A stretch of 26,058 nucleotides of DNA. Source: Chloroflexota bacterium (lineage in GTDB: Bacteria > Chloroflexota > Dehalococcoidia > Lucifugimonadales > Lucifugimonadaceae). The translations under genes and the position numbers were made by a program. Below, piece after piece: positions 15,666 to 24,852 of this stretch. The stretch is taken from positions 1 through 26,058 of the forward strand of contig PBHC01000015.1 of the NCBI GenBank assembly GCA_002719295.1, in the 5' to 3' direction. How positions within the stretch are numbered: the stretch's first letter is position 1; each line of letters starts with the position of its first letter. Under the pieces are notes generated by a model, which saw only the letters and a list, made by a program, of their open reading frames with translations, made no database searches and was not told the DNA's origin.

Positions 15666-16430
15666 TTATATATTTGCCTTTGTTAAAACCTCAGGACCAT
15701 TCTCTGTTATCAAAATCGTGTCCTCAAAATGAGAAGATAACTTCCCATCTTTAGTAACAACTGTCCATTTATCATCCAATACTTTTGTCTGCCATTTCCC
15801 TTGAGTAACCATTGGTTCAATTGCAATTGTCATTCCAACTCTCAAAAGCGCTCCTTGATTTTTTTTACCAAAATTAGGCACACTAGGAGGTTCATGCAAC
15901 TGAGTACCGATGCCGTGTCCAACATATTCCCTTACTACATCAAAACCTTTACTTAGAACATATTCTTCTATTGCATTGGACAATATTCCAATTCTATTTC
16001 CTGCAATAGAATTTTCAATACCTATTCTCAATGCATTATCCGCAACTGATATAAGTTCATTTTTATCTTCATCAGTTGAATCTTCAATTGTAAAAGTTCT
16101 TGCATGATCACTATACATGCCATCAACAATCGCACCACAATCAATAGAAATAAGGTCACCTTTTAATAATTTACGTCCCCCTGGAATACCGTGAACAATT
16201 TCTTCATTTAGTGAAATACAAGCGGTTGCTGGAAACCCATACAAACCTAGAAAAGCAGGCTTAGCGCCCTCTTTTTCTATGTATTCTCTAAGAAAACTGT
16301 CAATTTCTCCGGTTGTAACTCCAGACTGAAGCTTTTTACCACAATTTATCATAGCACGAGCTACTATGTCTCCAGCCTCTCTCATAGAGGAAATTTGTTC
16401 TGGAGTTTTAATGGTCCCCTCAGTAAGCAA
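15666..16430 (-). CDS. map: Methionine aminopeptidase type I
   Basis: CISLNEEIVHGIP, SIDCG..SD, GHGIG..HEPP, AIEPM and HFED. TTG start. Confidence 0.96.
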   Translation of the reverse strand: MLTEGTIKTPEQISSMREAGDIVARAMINCGKKLQSGVTTGEIDSFLREYIEKEGAKPAFLGLYGFPATACISLNEEIVHGIPGGRKLLKGDLISIDCGAIVDGMYSDHARTFTIEDSTDEDKNELISVADNALRIGIENSIAGNRIGILSNAIEEYVLSKGFDVVREYVGHGIGTQLHEPPSVPNFGKKNQGALLRVGMTIAIEPMVTQGKWQTKVLDDKWTVVTKDGKLSSHFEDTILITENGPEVLTKANI

Positions 16431-16469
16431 TTATTTAAGCATCTCCCATTAATTTAAGTACAAACTAAT

Positions 16470-16475
16470 ATTATA
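16470..16475 (-). promoter_or_regulatory. Possible internal -10 element (TATAAT) upstream of map
   Basis: Perfect TATAAT in the 75-nt adk-map gap, the largest gap in the supercluster. No well-spaced -35 was seen, and the AT-rich background weakens the call. Confidence 0.3.
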
Positions 16476-16505
16476 TATCTAAATAATGCAAATTGTACAG
16501 TACCA

Positions 16506-17132
16506 TCATTGTAAAATTTTGTCAATTTGCAATGACACTTCTAAAATTGAAGAATTTGCTCTAATTTTACTTAACAAAGATTTTTTTTCATAAAATTCTA
16601 AAAGAGGTTCAGTTAATTCTTTGTATGTTTCCATTCTTTTAGAAACTGCACTAGGTTTATCATCTTCCCGTTGATACAATTCTTGACTTGAACAACCATC
16701 TAAACAAATATATTCTTCATCACTTTTAGAAAAAGTTTTGGAACAATTTTTGCAAGAGACTCTTTGAGACAATCTGTTAATCAAATCATCGAAAGGGACA
16801 TCAAAATAAAGAACATAATCAATTGATTTGTTTAAATTTTCCATTTCTTTTTCCAAAGACAACGCCTGATTTATTGTCCTAGGGAAACCATCTAATAAAA
16901 TAGATTCTAGATTTTTTGTTGTTGATGAAACCATATCTATTATTAATTGATCAGGAACGAGTTCACCTTTATCCATATATTTTTTTGCTTCTATTCCTAA
17001 AGAAGTTTTATCAGTTATTTGAGACCTCAAAATATCTCCTGTAGAAATGTGAGATAAAGCATATTTTTCCACTAACTTATAAGATTGAGTCCCCTTACCT
17101 GATCCAGGAGGTCCTAAAAGTATGATATTCAT
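16506..17132 (-). CDS. adk: Adenylate kinase
   Basis: GPPGSGKGTQ, STGDILR, GELVPD, LDGFPRT, a 4-Cys lid, and QREDD. Confidence 0.97.
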   Translation of the reverse strand: MNIILLGPPGSGKGTQSYKLVEKYALSHISTGDILRSQITDKTSLGIEAKKYMDKGELVPDQLIIDMVSSTTKNLESILLDGFPRTINQALSLEKEMENLNKSIDYVLYFDVPFDDLINRLSQRVSCKNCSKTFSKSDEEYICLDGCSSQELYQREDDKPSAVSKRMETYKELTEPLLEFYEKKSLLSKIRANSSILEVSLQIDKILQ

Positions 17133-17134
17133 TA

Positions 17135-18478
17135 CTAATTAACAAATCCTTCATAATTTCTCATTAAAAGTTGAGATTCTAACTGTCTCATAGTGTCTAG
17201 TGCGACTCCTACCATAATTAGCAAACTGGTACTTTGAACAATACTAGTGGTTGATTCTAATCCTGTAACAAATGAAGCTATAGATGGAATAACAGCTATT
17301 GTTCCTAAGAATAGAGCACCACCCCAAGTTATTCTAATTATAACTCTCATCAGATAATCTCTAGTTGGAGGTCCAGGCCTTATACCTGGTATGAATCCAT
17401 TATTATTTTGAAGAGATTCTGCTAAGTTTTGCTGATTATGGACTACTAATGTATAAAAAAATGTAAAAATCACCACAAGTATAAAAATTGCAATCCAGTA
17501 CAAAGTTCCAGTAGGTCCAAATTGTATAGTCAACCATTCAGCTATTTGCGGCACAAAAGAATCAGATGCAGGATCTACAAAATAGGAGGCAACAACCGCC
17601 GGTAAAGCAAGTATTGAAAAAGCAAAAATCAAAGGGATCATTCCAGCAGAATTCACTCTAATCGGAATATGAGAAGAACCTTGAGATCTATACATTCTAT
17701 TTCCTCTGAAGACACTTCGTCCGTATTGAACAGGAATTCTTCTCTGAGCTTCTGTAAATATAACTATTGTAAAAACAATCAATAAAATTAGAGCAATTAA
17801 CAAGCCTACTTGAAAAGGTTGATCTCTAAGAAGCCATAGTTCAGCTCCAATTGAAGGAAACGTGGATACTATTCCTGCAAAAATTATCAATGAAATACCG
17901 TTCCCTATTCCTTTTTCCGTAACCAATTCACCCAACCATACAAGAATCATCGTACCTGCAGTCATAGATAGCAAAATGGCTAATGTATTAAGACTTTGAC
18001 CTCCTCCAAAACCAATTCCTGTAAGAGCGCCTTGTCCTAAAGCTCCTGAAAATAGATTAATCTGTCCGTATCCTTGCAGGAAAGCTAATGGAACTGTTAG
18101 ATAATGTGTATATCTATTAATTGCCTTTCTTCCCGCTTCTCCTTCTTGAGCCAGCTCTTTTAATTGAGGAAGCAATGGAGTTAGAATTTGTATTATTATA
18201 GAAGCAGTAATATAAGGATAAACACCCAGAGCAGCGATAGATAAATTTCTCAAAGCTCCCCCTGAGAAGATATCAATAAAGCCTAGCAAAGGGTTGGCAT
18301 CAAAGGCTGCTTGCAATGCCTCTTTGTCTACACCAGGAACTGGAACATGAGCAAAAAACCTAAAAATAACCAGTATTAGCAAAGTAAATAAAATTCTTGA
18401 TCTTAAGTCAGAAATCTTAAATGCATCAATAATAGCCTGAATAAGAGCTGGTCTATTAGATTGTGCTGTAGTTGTCAT
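17135..18478 (-). CDS. secY: Preprotein translocase subunit SecY
   Basis: ALGVYPYITASII, WLGELVTEKGIGNGISL, AGMIPLIFA, FIPGIRPG and TSLLIMVGVALDT. Confidence 0.98.
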   Translation of the reverse strand: MTTTAQSNRPALIQAIIDAFKISDLRSRILFTLLILVIFRFFAHVPVPGVDKEALQAAFDANPLLGFIDIFSGGALRNLSIAALGVYPYITASIIIQILTPLLPQLKELAQEGEAGRKAINRYTHYLTVPLAFLQGYGQINLFSGALGQGALTGIGFGGGQSLNTLAILLSMTAGTMILVWLGELVTEKGIGNGISLIIFAGIVSTFPSIGAELWLLRDQPFQVGLLIALILLIVFTIVIFTEAQRRIPVQYGRSVFRGNRMYRSQGSSHIPIRVNSAGMIPLIFAFSILALPAVVASYFVDPASDSFVPQIAEWLTIQFGPTGTLYWIAIFILVVIFTFFYTLVVHNQQNLAESLQNNNGFIPGIRPGPPTRDYLMRVIIRITWGGALFLGTIAVIPSIASFVTGLESTTSIVQSTSLLIMVGVALDTMRQLESQLLMRNYEGFVN

Positions 18479-18482
18479 AATA

Positions 18483-18926
18483 TTATTCTATTACCTTTAC
18501 TGCTCCTCCAGCTTTTTCAATTTTGGATTTTGCAGAAGATGATATAGCATGAACTTCTATATTTAATGATTTAGAGATATCTCCACCTCCAAGAATTTTG
18601 ATCATTTGCTTACTACGTATCACGCCTTTTCTCTTGAAATCTTCAATAGTTACTGAGTCCTGTGGAAAAATATTTACTAAATCTGAAATATTTAAAGCTA
18701 CATAATCTTTCTTAAAAACATTAGTAAAGCCTCTCATATGAGGAAGTTTTTTTACTAATCTTAATTGACCACCTTCAAAAGTAGGGTTTAAGTTTCCTCC
18801 ACTTCTTGAAAGCTGACCTTTCAAGCCTCTTCCAGAATATGTTCCTTTAGAACCATTTCCTCTTCCAACTTGATTAGCCTTTGGGGTATTTTTATTTTTT
18901 CTTTTTATGTCATGTAATTGAGGCAT
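18483..18926 (-). CDS. rplO: 50S ribosomal protein L15
   Basis: GRGNGS.GT.SGRGLKGQ.SRSG, FEGGQ and KIEKAGG. Confidence 0.97.
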   Translation of the reverse strand: MPQLHDIKRKNKNTPKANQVGRGNGSKGTYSGRGLKGQLSRSGGNLNPTFEGGQLRLVKKLPHMRGFTNVFKKDYVALNISDLVNIFPQDSVTIEDFKRKGVIRSKQMIKILGGGDISKSLNIEVHAISSSAKSKIEKAGGAVKVIE

Positions 18927-18938
18927 AATTTCACCTAT

Positions 18939-19121
18939 CTATTTTTTTTCTTCAGTTGATATCAAATGATCAACTTTTTTAATCATCCCTTCAATTTGAG
19001 GAGACAAATCTTTTTCAACTTTAGATCCAATTTTTCTTAATCCCAAAGCTCTTAGAGTATCTCTTTGTGCAGGAGATGCTCCTATTTTACTTTTTGTCTG
19101 AAAAATTATAACTTTTTTCAT
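18939..19121 (-). CDS. rpmD: 50S ribosomal protein L30
   Basis: KS.IG, TLRALGLRK and GMIKKVDHL. Syntenic position. Confidence 0.95.
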   Translation of the reverse strand: MKKVIIFQTKSKIGASPAQRDTLRALGLRKIGSKVEKDLSPQIEGMIKKVDHLISTEEKK

Positions 19122-19122
19122 T

Positions 19123-19704
19123 TTATGCTCTTCGCTTGCTTATTTCTTTTTTAGGATTTTTCATCTCTTTCAATGCTTCCATAGTTGCATAAACAACATT
19201 TATTGCATTTGTAGAACCAAATGTTTTAGATACTACATCCTTAACTCCTACAGCTTCAAGGACAGCTCTTACTCCCCCTCCAGCTATTAGACCTGTTCCA
19301 GGAGCAGCAGGTTTTAACATTACTTTTGATGAACCAAATTTCTTAAATGATTCGTGAGGTAATGTAGTATTATTTAAGTTCACGTTTATCATTTTTTCTT
19401 TAGCATATTTTACAGCTCTTTGAACTGCATCTGGTACAGCAGTTGCACTAGCTAAAGCTACTCCAACTCTTCCCGCACCATCCCCTACAGCTACCATTGC
19501 ATTAAATGATAAATTTCTTCCACCTTTAACAGTTTTTGAAACTCTTCTGATTTTTATGACATTTTCCACTAAAGAAAATTCATCGTTATCTCGATTTCTT
19601 CTTGATCTAGAATTTCTTCTATTCTGGTTATTTCTATTCTGGTTATTTCTATTTTGGTTATTTCTATCTTGAGTTTTGTTCTCAGGCTTATTATCAGTTG
19701 TCAT
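19123..19704 (-). CDS. rpsE: 30S ribosomal protein S5 with N/Q/R-rich N-terminal extension
   Basis: RVSKTVKGGR, LKPAAPGTGLIAGG and GSTNAINVV. Confidence 0.97.
   Translation of the reverse strand: MTTDNKPENKTQDRNNQNRNNQNRNNQNRRNSRSRRNRDNDEFSLVENVIKIRRVSKTVKGGRNLSFNAMVAVGDGAGRVGVALASATAVPDAVQRAVKYAKEKMINVNLNNTTLPHESFKKFGSSKVMLKPAAPGTGLIAGGGVRAVLEAVGVKDVVSKTFGSTNAINVVYATMEALKEMKNPKKEISKRRA
19617..19667 (-). repeat. 15-bp tandem repeat (~3.4 copies) encoding RNNQN in the S5 extension
   Basis: On the + strand: ttctattctggttat x2, ttctattttggttat, then ttctat. Confidence 0.9.
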
Positions 19705-19707
19705 TAG

Positions 19708-20064
19708 TTATACCTCTATTCCAGATTCTCTAATTCCGTCTGCAACAGCTGCAACTTTACCATGGTAAAGATTGCCTCCTCTGTCAAACACAACTTTTTT
19801 GAATCCAAGTTTTGAAATCTTTGCGCCAAATTCAATCCCCATTTTCTTTGAAATATCTTTGTTTATGGAATTTGATTCAGACTTTAAGCTAGAAATAGAA
19901 GTCAATGTAACTCCTTTAGAATCATCTATTAATTGAAGATAGATATTTTTATTTGATCTATATAAAGATACTCTAGGTCTTTCATTTGTTCCAGTAATTT
20001 TTTTTCTTACTCTCAAATGTCTTTTACTTCTTCCTAATGTTCTAGTCTTTCTTGTAAATTTCAT
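19708..20064 (-). CDS. rplR: 50S ribosomal protein L18
   Basis: RPRVSLYRSNKNIY.Q.IDD and VVFDRGG..YHGKV. Confidence 0.97.
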   Translation of the reverse strand: MKFTRKTRTLGRSKRHLRVRKKITGTNERPRVSLYRSNKNIYLQLIDDSKGVTLTSISSLKSESNSINKDISKKMGIEFGAKISKLGFKKVVFDRGGNLYHGKVAAVADGIRESGIEV

Positions 20065-20066
20065 TT

Positions 20067-20618
20067 TTATTCTCCTGCTCCAACAGCTGCTTTACCTGAT
20101 TTTCTTCTTATTACTTCATCATCATACTTTATACCTTTACCAGTAAATGGATTAGGTTTCCTAAGAATTCTTATTTTTGCAGCTTGTCTTCCAACATGCT
20201 CTTTATCTGTTCCTTCAATAGTTAATAAAGTTTGATCTTCTACAGAAAATTTATTTTCTCCAATTGGATCTACAGTTATAGCATGGGAGAAGCCTAAACT
20301 TAATTCTAAAGACTTTCCTTTTAATTGAGCCCTATAACCTGTTCCAATCAATACTAATTTTTTTGAAAATCCATCAGTTACTCCTGTAACCATATTTGAA
20401 ATAAGTGCTCTATATAATCCATGAAAAGACTTTGTTTCGATCTCATTGTTTTTTCTAGAAATAGTTAGATTATCATCAGACAGATCAAATGAAATGTTTT
20501 GATTACTAATTTTCTGCTCCAGTTGACCTTTCGGTCCTTTAACTGAAACTAGATCTTTTTCTATTTTAATTTCAACTCCAGATGGAACCTGGATTGGTTG
20601 ATTTCCAATTCTACTCAT
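20067..20618 (-). CDS. rplF: 50S ribosomal protein L6
   Basis: MSRIG..PI, VKGPKG, GTGYRA, LGFSH and P.P.TGKGIKY. Confidence 0.98.
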   Translation of the reverse strand: MSRIGNQPIQVPSGVEIKIEKDLVSVKGPKGQLEQKISNQNISFDLSDDNLTISRKNNEIETKSFHGLYRALISNMVTGVTDGFSKKLVLIGTGYRAQLKGKSLELSLGFSHAITVDPIGENKFSVEDQTLLTIEGTDKEHVGRQAAKIRILRKPNPFTGKGIKYDDEVIRRKSGKAAVGAGE

Positions 20619-20627
20619 AATTTCCTC

Positions 20628-21026
20628 TTACCATACATAAAATAAAAGTTCTCCTCCCAGAGAATTCTTTTTAGCTTCGAATCCCGTCATTATACCTTTG
20701 GGAGTAGATATTATGGCAACACCCATCCCAGAAAAATAAGTTGGAATTTCATCTTTTTTGATATAAATTTTTAGACCTGGCTTAGATACTCTTTTCAATC
20801 CAGTAATAGCCGAAGATCCATCTTCAAAATATTTTAGTTTAACTGATAAATTAGAAAACTTATCAGAATCATCTTCTGAAAACTCTGATATAAAGCCTTC
20901 ATTGTTTAATACTTCTAAAATCTTTTGATTTACTTTAGATTTCCCAATTGAAACCCTTTCATGTTTTACCATTACAGAATTTCTAATTCTAGTTATCATA
21001 TCTGATATTTGATCTTCAATAGTCAC
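20628..21026 (-). CDS. rpsH: 30S ribosomal protein S8
   Basis: D.ISDMITRIRN, RVSKPG, STPKGIMT and GGELL. GTG start. Confidence 0.97.
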   Translation of the reverse strand: MTIEDQISDMITRIRNSVMVKHERVSIGKSKVNQKILEVLNNEGFISEFSEDDSDKFSNLSVKLKYFEDGSSAITGLKRVSKPGLKIYIKKDEIPTYFSGMGVAIISTPKGIMTGFEAKKNSLGGELLFYVW

Positions 21027-21034
21027 AGTAACCT

Positions 21035-21340
21035 CTATAAACTTCCTTTTCTTATTCCTGGCAAATGCCCTCTAAGAGCTAAATCTCTCATTGAAATCCT
21101 ACTAAGTCCAAAAAATCTCATATAACCTCTTGGTCTTCCAGTTTTTTGACATCTATTTCTAACCCTAACAGGGCTAGAATTTTTAGGTAGCAAATCTAAT
21201 TTTCTTCGAGCTTCCATCTTTTCCTCAAAAGTTGCTTTTGAAGAATTAGCAATATCTTTCAACTCATTTCGAACTGTAGAATATTTTTCTACCATTCTGA
21301 TTCTTTTATTATTTCTTGCAATTGCAGATTTCTTAGCCAA
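21035..21340 (-). CDS. rpsN: 30S ribosomal protein S14, long zinc-free (C-) type
   Basis: MAKKS...RNRCQKTGRPRG..R.FGLSR, 101 aa. TTG start with TAAGGAG SD. Confidence 0.97.
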   Translation of the reverse strand: MAKKSAIARNNKRIRMVEKYSTVRNELKDIANSSKATFEEKMEARRKLDLLPKNSSPVRVRNRCQKTGRPRGYMRFFGLSRISMRDLALRGHLPGIRKGSL

Positions 21341-21350
21341 TTAATTCTCC

Positions 21351-21935
21351 TTAATTATCTTCAAAGGGCATTCCTAATAGTTCTAACAATTTCTTAGTTT
21401 CGTCGTCACTATTAGAAGTTGTAACAATATTTATTTGCATACCTCTTAGTTTATCAATTTCGTTGTAATCAATCTCAGGGAAAATAACTTGTTCTTGTAA
21501 TCCAAGTGAATAATTTCCATTCCCATCAAATGACTTTTTTGAAACTCCTCTAAAATCTCTTACCCTTGGTAATGAGACATTAAATAATTTATCTAGAAAA
21601 AACCACATGTTGTAAGATCTAAGAGTTACTGACAAACCAATAACTTGCCCTTCTCTTAATTTAAAGTTAGCAATAGATTTTTTTGCTTTTCTCTCAATTG
21701 GTTTTTGTCCTGTAATCAATTGTAAATCCCTAGCAACTACTTGAACAACATTAGAAGATGCTAATGCCTCTCCTAAACCTACATTTACAATTACTTTCGT
21801 AACTCTAGGGACTCTTAGTCTGTTTGTAAAACTAAATTCGCTCATCATTTGAGGAATAGTTTCTTCATTATACTTAGACTTTAACCTAGGTATTAATTTT
21901 TCTGTATTTGAGTTTTCTTTTTGCTTAGTAGTCAA
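21351..21935 (-). CDS. rplE: 50S ribosomal protein L5
   Basis: ITGQKP, KKSIANFKLREG, LPRVRDFRG, FDGNGNY and EQVIFPEI. TTG start with GGAG SD. Confidence 0.98.
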   Translation of the reverse strand: MTTKQKENSNTEKLIPRLKSKYNEETIPQMMSEFSFTNRLRVPRVTKVIVNVGLGEALASSNVVQVVARDLQLITGQKPIERKAKKSIANFKLREGQVIGLSVTLRSYNMWFFLDKLFNVSLPRVRDFRGVSKKSFDGNGNYSLGLQEQVIFPEIDYNEIDKLRGMQINIVTTSNSDDETKKLLELLGMPFEDN

Positions 21936-21950
21936 ATAATTCTCCAGTAT

Positions 21951-22265
21951 CTATTTCTTAGACTTTCTTACTATTCTGTTATATTTTCCTGAATCAAGCT
22001 GTTCGTATGAAACCCTTCCAGATTGTGAACTTTCTGGGTCAATGAACAAAACGTTTGAAATATTTATAGGTGACTCTTTATCGACAATTCCAGATTGAGT
22101 TACATTTGGTGTGTTTTTAATATGCTTTTTTGAAATATTTACACCTTCAACTATCACTCGAGAATTCTTTTTATCAACACTTATAATATTTCCTTTTTTA
22201 CCTTTATCTTTACCAGCTATAACTAGCACTTCATCACCTTTTTTAATCTTAAATTTCTTGTTCAT
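21951..22265 (-). CDS. rplX: 50S ribosomal protein L24
   Basis: KOW motif IKKGDEV.VIAGKDKGKKG, VEGVN and ISNV. Confidence 0.97.
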   Translation of the reverse strand: MNKKFKIKKGDEVLVIAGKDKGKKGNIISVDKKNSRVIVEGVNISKKHIKNTPNVTQSGIVDKESPINISNVLFIDPESSQSGRVSYEQLDSGKYNRIVRKSKK

Positions 22266-22267
22266 AA

Positions 22268-22636
22268 TTATATTACCTCCGGCGCTAAAGAAACTACTCT
22301 CATAAATTGCTTATCCCTAAGCTCTCTTGCAACAGGACCAAAAATCCTCGTTCCTCTTGGATTATTATCTTCACCTATAATGACGCATGCATTTTCATCA
22401 AATTTAATATATGAACCGTCATTTCTTCTTAATTCTTTTTTCGTTCTTACTATTACAGCATTCACAACTTGATGCATTTTCACAGTTCCACCTGGCTGAG
22501 CATCTTTTACTGCACAAGTAATAACATCTCCTATACCTGCAAATTTAGTGTGACTATTACCATTAATATTTATGCAAAGAACTTCCCTTGCACCAGAATT
22601 ATCAGCAACTTTTAATCTTGTTTCTCTCTGTATCAT
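22268..22636 (-). CDS. rplN: 50S ribosomal protein L14
   Basis: MIQ...[24 protein letters not shown] and SLAPEV. Confidence 0.98.
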   Translation of the reverse strand: MIQRETRLKVADNSGAREVLCININGNSHTKFAGIGDVITCAVKDAQPGGTVKMHQVVNAVIVRTKKELRRNDGSYIKFDENACVIIGEDNNPRGTRIFGPVARELRDKQFMRVVSLAPEVI

Positions 22637-22638
22637 TT

Positions 22639-22881
22639 TTAAGCTATTACCTCAACTAATTTCCATTTCTTTGTCTTAGATATAGGTTTTGAAAATTCAA
22701 CAACTACACTGTCTCCTACTTTTGCCTCTTCCTTTGGATCGTGAGCTACTAATTTAGTCAGCCTTCTAGTAGATTTTTTATACAATCTATCTTTCTGTGA
22801 CCAAGAAACTCCTACAATAATAGTTTTTTCAGGGGTGTCAGAAATCACTTTTCCAATTCTTCGAGTTTTTTTTCTATCCAT
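22639..22881 (-). CDS. rpsQ: 30S ribosomal protein S17
   Basis: G.V.SD..KTIIV, AHD, GD.V and KPISKTKKW. Start placed at ATG 22881 (8-nt overlap with rpmC); 22899 is also possible. Confidence 0.93.
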   Translation of the reverse strand: MDRKKTRRIGKVISDTPEKTIIVGVSWSQKDRLYKKSTRRLTKLVAHDPKEEAKVGDSVVVEFSKPISKTKKWKLVEVIA

Positions 22882-23104
22882 CTTGTTTATCTTTCTCATC
22901 GTTTTCTAATTGAGCAATTATTTTTCTTTCATTTATAACTGTGGAAATTCTAGCTTTGTCTTTTCTTAATTTTCCAATTTGGCTAGTATCACTAAGTTGC
23001 ATAGACTTATGCTTAAATCTATTTTCCATTATTGACTTTAGGATAGATTCTTTTTCCTTAATCAATGCATCGTTATCTAATTTTCTTATATCTTCTATAT
23101 TCAT
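22874..23104 (-). CDS. rpmC: 50S ribosomal protein L29
   Basis: RF....QL.DTSQI..LRKDKARI.TV..ER. Syntenic position. Confidence 0.93.
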   Translation of the reverse strand: MNIEDIRKLDNDALIKEKESILKSIMENRFKHKSMQLSDTSQIGKLRKDKARISTVINERKIIAQLENDEKDKQDG

Positions 23105-23524
23105 TTAAAATGCCAATTCTTCTCTTGAAATTATTTTTGTTGAGATAGGGAGCTTGTGCCCAGCTCTCTTTAGAGCTTCTTTTGCTATATCTTCAGGTAC
23201 GTCTCCTATTTCAAAAAGAATCCTACCTTTTTTAACAACAGATACCCATCTATCAACAGCTCCTTTTCCACCACCCATTCTTGTTTCTGCAGGTCTAGCA
23301 CTTACAGGTTTATCTGGAAATACTCTAATCCAAATTTGACCACCTCTTTTAACATGACCGGTGATTGCTCTTCTAGCAGCCTCAATTTGACGAGCTGTAA
23401 TCCATGAAGACTCTTGAGCTTTTAAGGCAAAGTCTCCATTAGAAATAGTTGAACCCCTAAGAGCCATGCCTCTCATTTTACCTCGTTGCTGTTTTCTAAA
23501 TTTTGTTCTACTTGGCTGTAACAT
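23105..23524 (-). CDS. rplP: 50S ribosomal protein L16
   Basis: [23 protein letters not shown], and [18 protein letters not shown]. Confidence 0.98.
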   Translation of the reverse strand: MLQPSRTKFRKQQRGKMRGMALRGSTISNGDFALKAQESSWITARQIEAARRAITGHVKRGGQIWIRVFPDKPVSARPAETRMGGGKGAVDRWVSVVKKGRILFEIGDVPEDIAKEALKRAGHKLPISTKIISREELAF

Positions 23525-23529
23525 TTAAT

Positions 23530-24252
23530 CTATCCTTCAGAGCTTGATTGAGTATTTTGATCTTTCGGTGCGTTTCGTCCAATTCTAGCAGTTTTTATAG
23601 CTAGAAGATTTTCTGGAGTAGGAATAATATCTCCTTTATAAATCCAAACCTTTACACCAATAACTCCGTATGTTGTATTTGCTTCACTTATTTCATAGTC
23701 TATTTCTGCTCTTAATGTATGAAGAGGAACTCTTCCTTGCATATATTTCTCTGTTCTAGCAATATCTGCTCCGGCTAATCTTCCAGAAATAACTACTTTA
23801 ATTCCTTCAGCTCCTACTTGCATTGTTCGTTGCATAGCAGTATTTACAGCTCTCCTAAAGGCTACTCTTCTTTCCAATTGTTCAGCTATTGATTCTCCCA
23901 CAAGTTTTGCGACTAATTCAGGAACTCTGATTTCATTAATATTTAACCTCACAGAATTCTTAGTTTTTTCCTCAAGGAATTTTTTTAATTCCTCAACTCT
24001 AGTACCGCCTCTTCCAATTATGATTCCAGGCCTAGCTGTATAGACAGTAACAGAAATATCTTGAGAGCCTCTTTCTATTTCAATTTTAGAAATAGCTCCA
24101 TTTTCTCCAAGTTCTTTTGTTATTACATCACGAATATATCTATCTTCATTAAGAAGGTTTGCATAGGATTTACCATTATTAGCATACCACTGTGATTGCC
24201 AATCAATAACTCCGCCTAACCGAAACCCTGTTGGATGTGTTTTCTGTCCCAT
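23530..24252 (-). CDS. rpsC: 30S ribosomal protein S3
   Basis: [31 protein letters not shown] and [10 protein letters not shown]. Confidence 0.98.
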   Translation of the reverse strand: MGQKTHPTGFRLGGVIDWQSQWYANNGKSYANLLNEDRYIRDVITKELGENGAISKIEIERGSQDISVTVYTARPGIIIGRGGTRVEELKKFLEEKTKNSVRLNINEIRVPELVAKLVGESIAEQLERRVAFRRAVNTAMQRTMQVGAEGIKVVISGRLAGADIARTEKYMQGRVPLHTLRAEIDYEISEANTTYGVIGVKVWIYKGDIIPTPENLLAIKTARIGRNAPKDQNTQSSSEG

Positions 24253-24588
24253 TTATACTTCCTCTGAATTTACTTCTATTGTTATGTGTGATGAAGGTCG
24301 ATCAAAGGCTCCAGCTCTTCCTCTAGCTTTTGGCTTAAATCTCTTCATACTTGGTCCTGAGTCTGCAAATACTCGAGTAACAATCAAATCATCTTCATTC
24401 GCAGAATCTTTATTAACAGCATTTGCTATGGCAGAATTTAATATCTTAAGAATTTCTAAAGCAACAGGAGATCCTAATAAATCAAGTTGTATTTTAGCAT
24501 CAGAAACAGGCCTTGACCTTATAAGATCAATAACACGTCTTACTTTGTATGCTGAATGCCCAACATTCTTATTATGAGAGATTGCCAT
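24253..24588 (-). CDS. rplV: 50S ribosomal protein L22
   Basis: K.R.V.DLIR, SAIANA, GPSMKRFKPKARGRA and SHIT. Confidence 0.96.
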   Translation of the reverse strand: MAISHNKNVGHSAYKVRRVIDLIRSRPVSDAKIQLDLLGSPVALEILKILNSAIANAVNKDSANEDDLIVTRVFADSGPSMKRFKPKARGRAGAFDRPSSHITIEVNSEEV

Positions 24589-24851
24589 TAATTGCCCCTT
24601 GCATGTCCTCTGTAGGTACGAGTTGGAGAAAACTCTCCAAGCCTATGCCCTACCATATTTTCACTTACAAAAACCGGTACAAACTTCCTTCCATCATGCA
24701 CAGCAAATGTAACTCCAACCATTTCTGGCATTATCATAGATGACCTAGACCAAGTTTTTATAGGCTCTCTACTTCCAGATTCTTTTATTTTTTCAACTTT
24801 CTTCAAAAGCTTAGGATCAACATAAGGACCCTTTTTTATAGATCTTGACAT
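24588..24851 (-). CDS. rpsS: 30S ribosomal protein S19
   Basis: MSRS.KKGP, IKTWSR and [13 protein letters not shown]. Confidence 0.98.
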   Translation of the reverse strand: MSRSIKKGPYVDPKLLKKVEKIKESGSREPIKTWSRSSMIMPEMVGVTFAVHDGRKFVPVFVSENMVGHRLGEFSPTRTYRGHARGN

Positions 24852-24852
24852 A

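Noticed and set aside
16431..16442. ATG-CTT-AAA-TAA in frame immediately before the map TTG, suggesting a nonsense mutation or leader peptide
   Set aside because: Map is full length from the TTG. The GGGAG SD abuts this ATG with no spacing and fits the TTG better.
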